Below, in pieces: positions 26,447 through 36,529 of a stretch of 64,000 nt of DNA (position 1 is the stretch's first letter; the number at the start of each line of letters is the position of its first letter). The DNA comes from Bdellovibrionota bacterium (GTDB taxonomy: Bacteria; Bdellovibrionota_C; UBA2361; OMII01), in the NCBI GenBank assembly GCA_044345405.1, contig JBIJBE010000016.1:11040-75039 (forward strand), in the 5' to 3' direction. The position numbers were made by a program, and so were the translations under genes. Below the pieces are notes generated by a model. That model made no database searches. It had not been told where the DNA came from and saw nothing but the letters and a program-made list of their open reading frames with translations.

Positions 26447-28558
26447 ATGACCATGACGAAGGGAAAGAAGCAACAGAGTACCGGTGCAGATTGCGACATC
26501 TCCCTGCGATCTTCGACCTTTATGTCGGATGACGAGTACGCTCAGGTCGGTTCCCTTTTACGGCAGGCCGGCGCCGCTCGTGAGGGGGTGGTGGTAGACC
26601 CTTGCGACCATCCTCGGGGCCGCCTCGGTATATCGCAAAATCCCCTGGGGAGGATGCCCCGCTCCCTTATGACCGCCTTCGGCCTTGAAGACGCGCTCAT
26701 AGACACCTTTGTGCGGGATGCGCGACCTCGCTGCTCTCGATGTGGGATGGCGACGCAACGTTCCGAAGCTCTCAACCACGATCGATGGCCCGATTCGGGG
26801 TACGTGGCGATAGTCGTCGACGGCGTTGAGGAGAGCGTCTCCTTGGAGCAGCAATGTGAACTACTTGATGTCGAGCGAGCTGTTATCGAAGAGATGCTCG
26901 TTCGCAAAGATGACATCGAGGGACGAGAGGGTGAGCCCGTTCTCTCCGTCGCTTCCGCCTCGGATTTGACTCACATTTCACGCGAGGTTGAGCGATGGTT
27001 CTCTCGAGGTGGTGCTCCGTTGCGCCTCGTGCACTTTCCTAGTCGGAGTGATCGTGGTGTTGAGATTCAAAAGCTTTTTAAGGAGTGGCGATGCCCCTCC
27101 TGCGGTGATGCGTATCCAGCCGCGACTCGACAACGAATCGAGGACGCGCCACCGTGCCAGAGGTGTCGAGGGGAGGGGTGGTTGTTAGTAGAGGACGATC
27201 GCTTCGTTGCGTGTGAGGATTGTGACGCTTTCGGTCGGACGTCGTCGTTCGCTCACTATGAGGTCGCGGGCTCCTCGCTTAAGGATCTCCCTCGGGTGAC
27301 TTTTGGTGAGGTGCGTGACTACCTCAGGGGTTCCACGAACTCAGAACGTGATGAGGTCGCTCACAGGATCGACGCGCTCTGTGAAGAGGGTCTGTCAGGA
27401 TATCCTATCGGTACTCCCGTGGCGCTGCTCTCCAAAGGCGAGAAGGTTCTTGCGACTATCGCCTCGGCTCGTGTGTCCGAGCTGCATGACGTTGAGCTCA
27501 TGGTGGACGCTGGTGCCTTAGGTGTTTCGAATTCCTGGATAGATGCCATCGTTCAACGAAATCAGCCTCCCTGCGTGCGTGTGGTGAGTCCTCACGTGAC
27601 TGGTGTCGAGCCGTTCGAGCGGCGGCCCGAGGAGGATCGCGTATGTACCCTTCGAGATGTCGTGTTGGGTCCGCTTGCGATATCGTCGTTCTCTTTTGAT
27701 GTCGGTGGTCTCACCGTTGTGCAAGGGGAGCCAGGGGTCGGAAAGAGTCTTTTGCTGTGGGAGGTCTCAAGACGTTTCAGCAAGCGAAAGAAGCTGGCGC
27801 ACCTCGCTTCGTTTGGCGACCTCAAGCGTTGTCACCTTATCAAATCCGACGCCATTGAGGGTGATGCGGTGATGGAGCTCCTTGGGATCGCGCCTCACAT
27901 CGCCGAACAGGCAGCCCGGACTCGTCATGCTCGAGAGCGAGGTTTTCTCAAGGAGGATTTCCTTCTGTCACGCTCGCGGCACCGGTGCGACTTTTGCAAG
28001 GGGACGCCCTCCGTTGAGAGTGCGAGATGCTCTTTGTGTGATGGCAGCCTCTTTGACCACGTCGTTGGCGGCGTCGTTGTGAATAATGTTCCGTTCGCGG
28101 AGCTGATGCGAAGTTCCTTGGCCCGGGTAGGGGAGGTCCTTTGGGCGGATGACGAGCTGATTGCTATTGTTGAGCGAGTTCCCCTTGAGCTGCGAACTTC
28201 CTTAGAGTTGATGGGAGCTGCCCGTGGGTTATCTCCCGCCGCGCAACGATTTCTCCACACCCTTGGCGCGCTCGCGAGTGTCCTGGCTAGGAAGGGGTCG
28301 CTTGACGGCGATCTCGTTCTTGTGGATGTGCCGTTCGGAACTACCTCGGCGTATCAAGGCGTTTTATTACAGTGTATCAATGAGTTGCGCTCGCGAGGTG
28401 CCACGATTGTGTGCGCCGGCATGCCCGAAACACTCGAAAGTTACTTCTCCTCTGTGGTACGGTTGCGGTTTGTCGCGGAGCCTCGCAGGGGTGAGGATGC
28501 GCGGCGCTTTTTAGATGTTCGAATGACTCGAAAGAGTGAAGTTGTCGTAGAGAGATAA
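26447..28558 (+). CDS. Degenerate UvrA-like protein (probable pseudo-ATPase)
   Basis: Colinear with UvrA: CSRCG, CPSCG, CQRCRG, CEDC, CDFC, CSLC; second Walker A GEPGVGKS; decayed signature motifs LSKGE and LSPAA; Walker B equivalents VDAG and VDVP. Confidence 0.75.
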   Translation: MTMTKGKKQQSTGADCDISLRSSTFMSDDEYAQVGSLLRQAGAAREGVVVDPCDHPRGRLGISQNPLGRMPRSLMTAFGLEDALIDTFVRDARPRCSRCGMATQRSEALNHDRWPDSGYVAIVVDGVEESVSLEQQCELLDVERAVIEEMLVRKDDIEGREGEPVLSVASASDLTHISREVERWFSRGGAPLRLVHFPSRSDRGVEIQKLFKEWRCPSCGDAYPAATRQRIEDAPPCQRCRGEGWLLVEDDRFVACEDCDAFGRTSSFAHYEVAGSSLKDLPRVTFGEVRDYLRGSTNSERDEVAHRIDALCEEGLSGYPIGTPVALLSKGEKVLATIASARVSELHDVELMVDAGALGVSNSWIDAIVQRNQPPCVRVVSPHVTGVEPFERRPEEDRVCTLRDVVLGPLAISSFSFDVGGLTVVQGEPGVGKSLLLWEVSRRFSKRKKLAHLASFGDLKRCHLIKSDAIEGDAVMELLGIAPHIAEQAARTRHARERGFLKEDFLLSRSRHRCDFCKGTPSVESARCSLCDGSLFDHVVGGVVVNNVPFAELMRSSLARVGEVLWADDELIAIVERVPLELRTSLELMGAARGLSPAAQRFLHTLGALASVLARKGSLDGDLVLVDVPFGTTSAYQGVLLQCINELRSRGATIVCAGMPETLESYFSSVVRLRFVAEPRRGEDARRFLDVRMTRKSEVVVER

Positions 28559-28568
28559 AGGTAAAGCC

Positions 28569-29360
28569 GTGACGGACAGAAAGATAACCCGACAAGAATT
28601 GCGAGACATTCTCTACCGACGCCGATACGCAGTGCCGAACGCGGTGACGATCGGAAACATGTTTTGCGGATTTCTCGCTATCATGTACGCGTCCTCTGGT
28701 CGATTAGAGAAGGCGGTTATCGCGGTGCTGATCGCGATCCTACTCGATGGTCTCGATGGTCGAGTGGCTCGACGCTTGAACGCAACGTCAAAGTTCGGAA
28801 TTGAGTTTGACTCGTTCTCCGATGTCGTATCGTTCGGACTCGCTCCGGCGGTGATGATGTATCATTGGGCCTTTCACGCGCGAGCCGATGAGTTCGGGGT
28901 GGCCGTAACCTTCTTCTATGCGCTGTGCGCGGCAAGTCGTCTCGCGCGCTTTAACATCTCCGCCGAGAATTTAAAGAGCTTTACCGGATTGCCCACTCCG
29001 GGAGCGGCGGTCTTCGTTGTTTCCGTCATCAACACCGCTCCGTATGAGCATAACTCCTTGCTGATGACCGTGTTAGGAACCGTGGTCATGCTTGCGATGG
29101 GGTATCTGATGGTCTCTACCATCGAGTTCTTCAGCATCAAGCAATTCAAGCTCGCCGGAGTTAAGTTGAAAGGAAGGCTCCTGATCGGATCGTTGATCGC
29201 ACTCATCTGGTACTCGCCTCCAATAGGGTTGCTTGCCCTGGCGTTTCTGTATGTGGCGAGCGGCCCGTATGGAAAGGTCGCGGACTCTCTGCCATCGTGG
29301 TTGGTTGGTCGACGGCCCGCTCGTCGTGACACCGAGGGCAAGGTTGTCTCTCTCAAGTAA
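28569..29360 (+). CDS. pssA: CDP-diacylglycerol--serine O-phosphatidyltransferase
   Basis: PNAVTIGN..CG, DGLDGRVAR....SKFG.EFDS.SD.VSFG.APA, RLARFN, FTGLPTP. Confidence 0.93.
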   Translation: MTDRKITRQELRDILYRRRYAVPNAVTIGNMFCGFLAIMYASSGRLEKAVIAVLIAILLDGLDGRVARRLNATSKFGIEFDSFSDVVSFGLAPAVMMYHWAFHARADEFGVAVTFFYALCAASRLARFNISAENLKSFTGLPTPGAAVFVVSVINTAPYEHNSLLMTVLGTVVMLAMGYLMVSTIEFFSIKQFKLAGVKLKGRLLIGSLIALIWYSPPIGLLALAFLYVASGPYGKVADSLPSWLVGRRPARRDTEGKVVSLK

Positions 29361-29925
29361 GACCGCCTTTCAATATCTTCATAAGCTCAAGCGCTTTCAC
29401 GAGGTACGGTATCACAGCGCCATCGCTGAGCGCGTACGGTACGTCTTTGGCAGATAGCAGATCGTTCCTCACGCCCGCCTGGATTAGGGCGGCTACATCC
29501 CTCCACTCGATGAACTCCCGTTTGAGGCTACTCTCCAACTCCACGGAGCCTTGCCCATAAAACTGGGTCAGCTCAAGGACGAGCTCAGCCAAATGGGGAT
29601 GAAGCTCTCCGGCGATATCGATCGGCTCCGTTCCTATTGATGCCTTGGTAGTGAGAAAAAGAGTTGTTGCCTTAGCGAGGATAGGATTGGAGAGGAGAAG
29701 TGGAAGGTCCCTGCTCGCTATCCTTCCCCCGTTGCATGCCATAGCGATAGCGATGATATCGGTGGACTCCACTGCGCGACGCATGTGATTTTCCTGTCGT
29801 TCGACGAAGGACCCTTCGCTGATCGACGTTGGTTCTGTTGAGAAATCGGGTAGGAGGCGCGAAAGATGAGCGGCTATCTTTTGGGCCGGTAGGGCTTCCT
29901 TACTCAGGTGTCCGAACAGAGCCAT
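29353..29925 (-). CDS. Hypothetical protein
   Basis: 190-aa ORF from ATG 29925 with a GAGG RBS; follows the methyltransferase gene. Confidence 0.55.
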   Translation of the reverse strand: MALFGHLSKEALPAQKIAAHLSRLLPDFSTEPTSISEGSFVERQENHMRRAVESTDIIAIAMACNGGRIASRDLPLLLSNPILAKATTLFLTTKASIGTEPIDIAGELHPHLAELVLELTQFYGQGSVELESSLKREFIEWRDVAALIQAGVRNDLLSAKDVPYALSDGAVIPYLVKALELMKILKGGLT

Positions 29926-30001
29926 GCACACCTCGCGCGCAATAAAGATCGGAGCCCTCAGCTGAGCTAAGGAGCGCCATCTGTTCGGCATTCAAAAGAG
30001 A

Positions 30002-30640
30002 TTAAGCCGCGGGTCGCACGGTATAGATATTGATCGGGAATAGGTTCAACCACACTCGCTCGCGCTTGAGGTAGCTGATGTACCCTGAATCCTTGAGGTA
30101 CTCATGAACCTGCGCCACCCGATCTCTCCGTTCCGGAGCGCCGACGGTCTCATTAAACTTCCGAACACCGATGTACTCATAGTACGTCATCAAGGTGTTG
30201 GGAGAGCTGATCTCGCGCAGTTTTCTGAAGATAGACTGCACCGTCTCAAGATCGAAATTAACGAATGGAAGAGCGCAGACAATGATGTCGTACATCCTGT
30301 CGCTTGGTAGGTCTTGCGCCGCGCCCAAGAAGAATGAAATTTGGTTTTGTACCCGCTGGTAGTGAGGATCCTGCTCCAACGTCTCCTTCAAGCTCTTCAT
30401 GAAGCGTGGATTGATCTCGCAGATAGTGAGGTGATCGCCTGGTCGCAGCTCCTTCAGGAGCGGAAGGGTCACCGATCCGGTGCCAGGACCGAGCTCAAGG
30501 ATGTTTTTTGGGCCACGGGTAGGGGCACGCAGTGGGGTTATGAGGGCTTGAGCCGCCCAGCGAGATGTTGGGAAGCAAGCGCCGGTGGTCTTGAACTCCA
30601 GCAAAAACTCTCGAAGAAAGACGAGGTTTTCCTTAAACAT
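30002..30640 (-). CDS. Class I SAM-dependent lipid N-methyltransferase (Sinorhizobium PmtA/OlsG-like)
   Basis: FLREF...TTGA..PTS, ILELGPGTG, CEINPRF, IVCALPF.NF, YEY, VWLNLFP. Confidence 0.78.
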   Translation of the reverse strand: MFKENLVFLREFLLEFKTTGACFPTSRWAAQALITPLRAPTRGPKNILELGPGTGSVTLPLLKELRPGDHLTICEINPRFMKSLKETLEQDPHYQRVQNQISFFLGAAQDLPSDRMYDIIVCALPFVNFDLETVQSIFRKLREISSPNTLMTYYEYIGVRKFNETVGAPERRDRVAQVHEYLKDSGYISYLKRERVWLNLFPINIYTVRPAA

Positions 30641-31132
30641 ACCCTTTCCTAACGTCCTCTACACAGTGGCCGACCTGGTGGTTGCGTTCTTCGCGACGCA
30701 CGCCACCCCTGACGAAATCATCTGGGTGGTTATGGCATCTTTCTACCGCCAGTAGCCTAACGGCGCTCCCATGGTAGTGGGGCACGCTGTTGGCGTAAGT
30801 CCCTGAGTTCTCTTCAGGCTGAGGCCGCTTACTGTAGTTCTCTCCGCTCATCCGGTCCAGTGCTTACCAAAAATATCTTTAGCCTCTGACAAAGACCATC
30901 ATCCCCGTCAGAGGGTAATTCCTCGGAGTGCCAACGCCACAGCCCCCTATGCGGACGCTCAGTCTCGCCCACCCCTGGCCCATAGGCGCACGTCACCCCA
31001 AAGGGAAGATCGGAGAACTCCGTAGAGGGCTTAAGTATCTGGAGCTAAATAGTTCACCCCGAAGGCTTTGTAGGGTACAAGCATACGTGTGTTCTCAGTA
31101 TGATAGGTTGAGCACGGGGGCCGGAGGAGTCG

Positions 31133-32749
31133 ATGGATAAGGTGACATTGTGGGAACGTTTCAAGGGTAGGCTCATACACGATGCCGCCACCGGTTTTTC
31201 GCTCGACACGAGCCGCCTCTCCTACGACAACGAGTACCTTACTCGGATGGAGCCTCACATGAATAGGGCTCTCGAAGCGATGAGTGCCCTAGAGCGAGGA
31301 GCTATCGCAAACCCAGATGAGAATCGGATGGTGGGCCACTATTGGCTGAGAGCCCCGGAGTTAGCGCCAACGGATGAGATTCGGGCCGCGATCACAAACA
31401 CGATCGCTCAGATAAAACGTTTCGCCTCTGATGTGCACTCTGGTGTTATCGCCCCAAAGCCGGGCGTTACCTTTTCCCACGTGCTGATTGTCGGTATTGG
31501 CGGCTCGGCGCTTGGGCCGCAGTTCGTCAATCAGGCGCTCAACTCCGTCGCCGACCCGATGACGGTCTCTTTCTTTGACAACACCGATCCGGATGGGATG
31601 GCGAAGGTTCTTTACTCTTTGCCCAACCTTGAGCGCACATTAGTTGTGGTCATATCAAAATCGGGTGGCACCAAGGAGACTCGCAACGGACAGCTCGTCG
31701 CGAAGGCAGCCTTCCAGGCGGCTGGTCTCGACTTTGCATCTCATTTTGTCGCGGTGACAGGGGAGGGAAGTGAGTTGGACGCCACGGCTCGAGCGGAAGG
31801 GTGGATCGCTCGTTTCCCGATGTGGGACTGGGTCGGTGGGCGCACCAGTGAATGTAGCGCGGTCGGACTATTGCCGTTCGCTTTGCAAGGTTTCTCCGTC
31901 GATGAGTTTTTAAGCGGCGCCGCCGCTATGGATGAGATGACTCGTCGAACCATCATTCATGAAAATCCCGCCGCGACTATGGCTCTCGCTTGGTATCACT
32001 GCGGATGTGGCAAGGGAAACAAGGATATGGTGGTGTTACCCTACAAGGACCGACTTGAGCTTTTCAGCAGATATCTGCAGCAGCTCGTTATGGAGAGCCT
32101 TGGTAAGGAACTGGATCTCTCAGGTGCCGTTGTGAATCAAGGTCTCGCGGTATACGGAAATAAGGGTTCCACGGATCAGCACGCCTACGTGCAGCAACTT
32201 CGAGACGGATTGCACAATTTCTTCGCGGTGTTCATTGAGGTGCTCCGAGATAGATCGCCTCGCACGCGGGCTTCGAGTGTTCTCGCAAAACTCCACCCGG
32301 AGAGTTTCGATGTGGAGCCCGGAGTAACGAGTGGTGATTATCTCGCCGGGTTTCTGCTTGGAACGCGCTCCGCTCTCTTTGAGAAAGGTCGTGAGAGCGT
32401 TACGGTAACCGTACCTGAAACGAGCGAACGAACGGTTGGTATGTTGATCGCGCTCTTTGAGCGCGCCGTAGGTCTCTACGCGTCTTTGATTAACATTAAC
32501 GCCTACCATCAACCCGGTGTTGAGGCAGGTAAGAAAGCGGCGGCCCGAGTGTTGGCGCTTCAGGAGAAGGTTGTCGCGTTTGTTCGCAAGGCAGGCTCCC
32601 CAGTGGGAGTTAAGGAGATCGCGGCTGGGGTAGGGAGTCCCGAGGAGGTTGAAACCGTCTTTAAGATCGTTCGCCGACTCGCGGTAAATGAACGCATGAC
32701 GATCGAGCGAGGACCCTCGCTCTTTGAGGACCGTTATCACTGTGCGTAA
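31133..32749 (+). CDS. pgi: Glucose-6-phosphate isomerase
   Basis: [52 protein letters not shown]. Confidence 0.96.
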   Translation: MDKVTLWERFKGRLIHDAATGFSLDTSRLSYDNEYLTRMEPHMNRALEAMSALERGAIANPDENRMVGHYWLRAPELAPTDEIRAAITNTIAQIKRFASDVHSGVIAPKPGVTFSHVLIVGIGGSALGPQFVNQALNSVADPMTVSFFDNTDPDGMAKVLYSLPNLERTLVVVISKSGGTKETRNGQLVAKAAFQAAGLDFASHFVAVTGEGSELDATARAEGWIARFPMWDWVGGRTSECSAVGLLPFALQGFSVDEFLSGAAAMDEMTRRTIIHENPAATMALAWYHCGCGKGNKDMVVLPYKDRLELFSRYLQQLVMESLGKELDLSGAVVNQGLAVYGNKGSTDQHAYVQQLRDGLHNFFAVFIEVLRDRSPRTRASSVLAKLHPESFDVEPGVTSGDYLAGFLLGTRSALFEKGRESVTVTVPETSERTVGMLIALFERAVGLYASLININAYHQPGVEAGKKAAARVLALQEKVVAFVRKAGSPVGVKEIAAGVGSPEEVETVFKIVRRLAVNERMTIERGPSLFEDRYHCA

Positions 32750-32761
32750 GAGAGCGTTGGC

Positions 32762-35152
32762 ATGTTAGGTGAGCTGCTCGGTATCAGTTTTCACGCGTTC
32801 GGACTTATCGTCCTAATCCTCTTCATGGTGGGGCTCTTCATAACGGAGCGCTTGCCGGTGGATGTTACCGCGATGGGTGTTCTCCTCATCTTGATGGTGG
32901 GAGGATATGTGACGCCTCAGGAGGCCTTTCAGGGCTTCTCCTCGCCAGTTGTCGTGGTGATGGTCTCGACCTTGTTTGTCGCGTCGGCTTTAAAGGCAAC
33001 CGGCGTCAGCGACGCGATGGCGCGTTGGATCCGAGGCTATGCTGGAGGAAATGAGCGCGTCGCGATCGCCGTCATTATGATCGTCGGCGCTATCTTGTCC
33101 GCTTTCATGAACAATATCTCCGCCGCGGCGCTCGTGATGCCCGCTGTAGCGGTGCTCTCGCATGAAACCGAGATTCCTCCCTCTCGTCTCTACCTGCCTC
33201 TGGCGTTCGCCGTAACACTTGGGGGAATGCTCACCCTGATCGGAACTCCGCCGAACATCGTCGCCTCCGAGATAGCTCGACAGAGTGGTGTCGCCACGCT
33301 CTCCTTCTTTGCTTTTACGCCCTACGGCGCGGTCGCGTTAGTGGCCGGTATCATCTTCATGGTCACGGTCGGCATCAATCTTCTTCCGGTACGAAAGACT
33401 CAGCGACTAACTCGGCGCATCACCGATCTTCGCTCTCTCTATCACTTGCAAGATCGATTGTTCTCCGTCCGCGTGCCTGACTCCAGCTTGGTCGATGGCA
33501 AGTCGCTCGGTGACCTCCGGTTTGGCTCTTTGGTGAGCGGGGTTGTCGTTACTATTATTCGAAGTGGTCGAAAGCTCCTCTCTCCCAAGGCGACCGAAAA
33601 GTTACACACGCGCGATGTAATCTTGGTCCGTGGGAATCCTGAGCGTTTCTCAGAGGTGGTAGCTCTTAAGGGACTCGCTTTCACCGCCGTTCCGGACGCC
33701 GCCCTTCGAAAGCTGGCTGAATCCGCCGAGGTCGTTCGATACTCGATCCGGGAGGTGCACCTCGATACGCGGATGATATCGCTCCGTGAGCTCCTGAGAA
33801 CGACCGGGGTCGTTCCACTCTCAGTCGAGCGTGGCTCGCACGACCACGCCTGGGAGGCTCATCCTCCATCTTGGTTTTTGGATTCGCTGGTGCACAAAGG
33901 AGATAAAGTTCTCGGCGCCATCGTTGGTAAATTCTCCGAAGACTCCCCAAAGGTGGATGTTGAGCTTGAGGTGCTTGATAAAGGTGAGGTTGCCCTACGA
34001 GAGAGCCTTCACGCGATGACCGTGCAACCTGAAGGGTGGAGTGGCGCGCCACTTCATCGTCTCTCGCATGAGACGAAGTTGTCGATCCTCGGTCGAATTG
34101 TAAACGGCTCCGACGTTGAGTGGCTCGACGTTCCCGTTATTCATCCCGGTGGGGAGGTGACGGGTGCGCTCCTCTCGGCGGATCATGTGATCCGCGAGGG
34201 TGAGGTGTACTTGGTAAGCGGGTCGCTTGAGGAGGCACAGCGTAAAGCGGCTTTGGGGTCCCTTGTGCTTGAGGGAGAGGCCGCGACCGATGAGCTTGAG
34301 TCAGCTGACGTAGGGATAGTTGAGTTAGTTTTAACTCCCCGATCAGAGTTCATCGGAAAGACCTTGGCGGACCTTCACTTCAGAGAGAAGTTTGATTGTC
34401 AGGTCCTTGCGCTCTGGCGTGATGGTAAGGCACAGATGTCGCTCTCATCGAGCCTTCCTCTTATGTACGGAGACGCGCTTCTCGTGCAAGGCGCTCGCAC
34501 GAGCTTGAGTGTGTTGGCGAAGGAGCCGGATTTCCTCTTGCTCTCTGAACATCGTCAGTCGCCCCGACTCTCAATTCGGTCGGCATTCGCGATTGTCGCC
34601 CTCTTTATGCTCATGTTCACCCCGCTGGTAACCGGGATGGCGGTTCATGAAGCCGCGTTTATCTCGGCGTGTGTGTGTGTATTTTGTGGCGCGATTACGA
34701 TGGAGCAGGTCTATCGCGAGATAGATTGGCGGGTCGTATTCCTTCTCGCGTTGATAATTCCACTCGGGCACGCGGTTGGAAACATGACCTCGGGCGAGGG
34801 CGCGGCGCGAGCTCTCGCGGATGTCGCGACCGCGACGCCGGAGGTGCTCCTATTGTTGGCGTTCCTGTGCGCTGGAAGCGTCTTGAGTCAGGTTATCGAT
34901 AGTTCAGTCGCTGTTATCTTTTTAGGCCCGATCGCTATTGGGCTCGGTAAGTACACAGGTGGAAACCAATTGAGTCTTCTGCTGGCGGTGACGCTCGGAA
35001 GCTCGCTCGCCTTCATGCTACCAACGAGCTGCCGATCTAACATGCTCGTAACGGGGGCAGGTGGGTACAGGGTCGGTGACTTCCTTCGAGTAGGTATTCC
35101 CTTCACGATCGTTGTTGGAGCCGCGCTGTTGGCGGCACTGACACTTTTCTAG
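32762..35152 (+). CDS. SLC13/CitMHS-family permease with TrkA-C (RCK_C) domains
   Basis: LSAFMNN, GGMLTLIGTPPNI, central GK.L.DL.F repeats, C-terminal AFMLP...N.LV.G.GGY...DF.RVG.P. Confidence 0.9.
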   Translation: MLGELLGISFHAFGLIVLILFMVGLFITERLPVDVTAMGVLLILMVGGYVTPQEAFQGFSSPVVVVMVSTLFVASALKATGVSDAMARWIRGYAGGNERVAIAVIMIVGAILSAFMNNISAAALVMPAVAVLSHETEIPPSRLYLPLAFAVTLGGMLTLIGTPPNIVASEIARQSGVATLSFFAFTPYGAVALVAGIIFMVTVGINLLPVRKTQRLTRRITDLRSLYHLQDRLFSVRVPDSSLVDGKSLGDLRFGSLVSGVVVTIIRSGRKLLSPKATEKLHTRDVILVRGNPERFSEVVALKGLAFTAVPDAALRKLAESAEVVRYSIREVHLDTRMISLRELLRTTGVVPLSVERGSHDHAWEAHPPSWFLDSLVHKGDKVLGAIVGKFSEDSPKVDVELEVLDKGEVALRESLHAMTVQPEGWSGAPLHRLSHETKLSILGRIVNGSDVEWLDVPVIHPGGEVTGALLSADHVIREGEVYLVSGSLEEAQRKAALGSLVLEGEAATDELESADVGIVELVLTPRSEFIGKTLADLHFREKFDCQVLALWRDGKAQMSLSSSLPLMYGDALLVQGARTSLSVLAKEPDFLLLSEHRQSPRLSIRSAFAIVALFMLMFTPLVTGMAVHEAAFISACVCVFCGAITMEQVYREIDWRVVFLLALIIPLGHAVGNMTSGEGAARALADVATATPEVLLLLAFLCAGSVLSQVIDSSVAVIFLGPIAIGLGKYTGGNQLSLLLAVTLGSSLAFMLPTSCRSNMLVTGAGGYRVGDFLRVGIPFTIVVGAALLAALTLF

Positions 35153-35194
35153 TGGTAGTAACGGAGTGTAATGAATTCTCTAGGCACTCGGTTC

Positions 35195-35500
35195 TCAGAG
35201 CCGAGGGGGGGCGCGTAAAGTTCGAACGTCGATAACATCCACGTGAGCTTGTAACGCCGCGAGGACCTCGTCAGAGATCGTGCCGTTCGCCATCGTGATC
35301 AGTTCCTGAATAGCTGTCATGCAGAGGTTGACATGGTCCCAATCGGGACACTCCTCGCTTCCAACCCGCATCTGTATCGTTATCTCCCGCCATTCCGTTT
35401 TGCTCCACGGATTGAGGAGGGCCCACATGGAGGGAGCGTCGATGGAGGTCGGTCCTGAGAGTTTGACCTGCCATGTTTCGTGAGGTGTTTCGATGCTCAT
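35195..35500 (-). CDS. Small hypothetical protein
   Basis: 101-aa ORF with GGAGG RBS and ATGA overlap with the upstream ORF. Confidence 0.45.
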   Translation of the reverse strand: MSIETPHETWQVKLSGPTSIDAPSMWALLNPWSKTEWREITIQMRVGSEECPDWDHVNLCMTAIQELITMANGTISDEVLAALQAHVDVIDVRTLRAPPRL

Positions 35501-35721
35501 CTTTTCCCTCCAACAACCTCTCCCCGCATCATCGCTCCCGTGTCGAATAACTTCTCGTCCCATCGCTGGGCGACGGAGGTGGCAGTGTGTCGGGGTAATG
35601 AAGCGGTTTTGGGATCTGAGAAGTGCTCGGAAACGGTGAGTTGAGAGAGGTCAGTGTTGTGGCGGCCTGCCGCCCTGTGAGGATCGGTGGTCTGGGGTCC
35701 CTGTCGGATCATGTCTGCCAT
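35497..35721 (-). CDS. Small hypothetical protein
   Basis: 74-aa ORF with GGAGG upstream, coupled to the next ORF; no motif recognised. Confidence 0.35.
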   Translation of the reverse strand: MADMIRQGPQTTDPHRAAGRHNTDLSQLTVSEHFSDPKTASLPRHTATSVAQRWDEKLFDTGAMMRGEVVGGKR

Positions 35722-36013
35722 AACGTATCGCCTCCCTTACCTGTAGATCGGGTAGCAACCTGGATTCTTAATAATTGGATGCCGCAAAGGGGATTTTAGT
35801 TCGCTCAGTAGAACGGAACTTGAAAAGCGACCCCCTAAGGTGTTGAATATTGGTTGGCGAGCTCCGTGAGTACACGGCAGCTTTGAAATCAGGATGGGCA
35901 GCGGTTAGTTGAGTTTAATTCGCGCCGCCGGTGTGGCTGACCGAACACAGTTGTCGGTGCTAGCGGCACATAGTAGAACAGCGGCCGACAGTAATTTTCG
36001 CGAATAGGAAGGT

Positions 36014-36529
36014 ATGGCAAAGAGCAACGAAAAGATCACCATGAAAGGAAATGCCCTTACAGTTGAGGGGCGATGCATCGAAGAGGGGACACAGGCACCA
36101 GCTTTTAAACTCACTGCTCCTGACATGTCGGATGTGACCAACGCAACGTATGCTGGCAAAGTGCTCGTTCTTGTCTCGATCCCAAGCATCGACACCCCAG
36201 TGTGCGCGATGGAGACCAAGAAGTTTAACCAAGAGGCCGCAGCCCTCTCCCAAGATGTTGTTATCGCGTCTGTAAGTCGTGATCTCCCCTTCGCGCTCAA
36301 GCGTTGGTGCGCGGCCGAGGGCGTCGAGCGCGTGGTAACGCTCAGTGACCACAAGCACCGAGGCTTTGGTAAGGAGTACGGTGTTGAGCTTCCTGACCTT
36401 GGGCTCCTCGCCCGCGCTCTCTTTGTTGTTGATAAGAGCGGAAAGGTGGTACACGTAGACTATGTCACTGAAATCGCCGAAGAGCCGGATTACGCCGCAG
36501 CTCTCTCCGCAATTAAAAAATCTCTCTAG
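36014..36529 (+). CDS. tpx: Thiol peroxidase (atypical 2-Cys peroxiredoxin)
   Basis: PSIDTPVC...TKKFN, SRDLPFA.KRWC.AEG, LLARALFVVD, EPDY. Confidence 0.95.
   Translation: MAKSNEKITMKGNALTVEGRCIEEGTQAPAFKLTAPDMSDVTNATYAGKVLVLVSIPSIDTPVCAMETKKFNQEAAALSQDVVIASVSRDLPFALKRWCAAEGVERVVTLSDHKHRGFGKEYGVELPDLGLLARALFVVDKSGKVVHVDYVTEIAEEPDYAAALSAIKKSL

Noticed and set aside
26447-28558. Functional uvrA, or a pseudogene
   Set aside because: Catalytic motifs are missing, so the symbol uvrA is not given; the frame is uninterrupted with cysteines retained, so it is not called a pseudogene.
35490-35512. Programmed frameshift joining the two small ORFs at GGAGGGAAAAGATGA
   Set aside because: No in-frame X-XXY-YYZ slippery heptamer; an SD plus ATGA overlap explains it as translational coupling.
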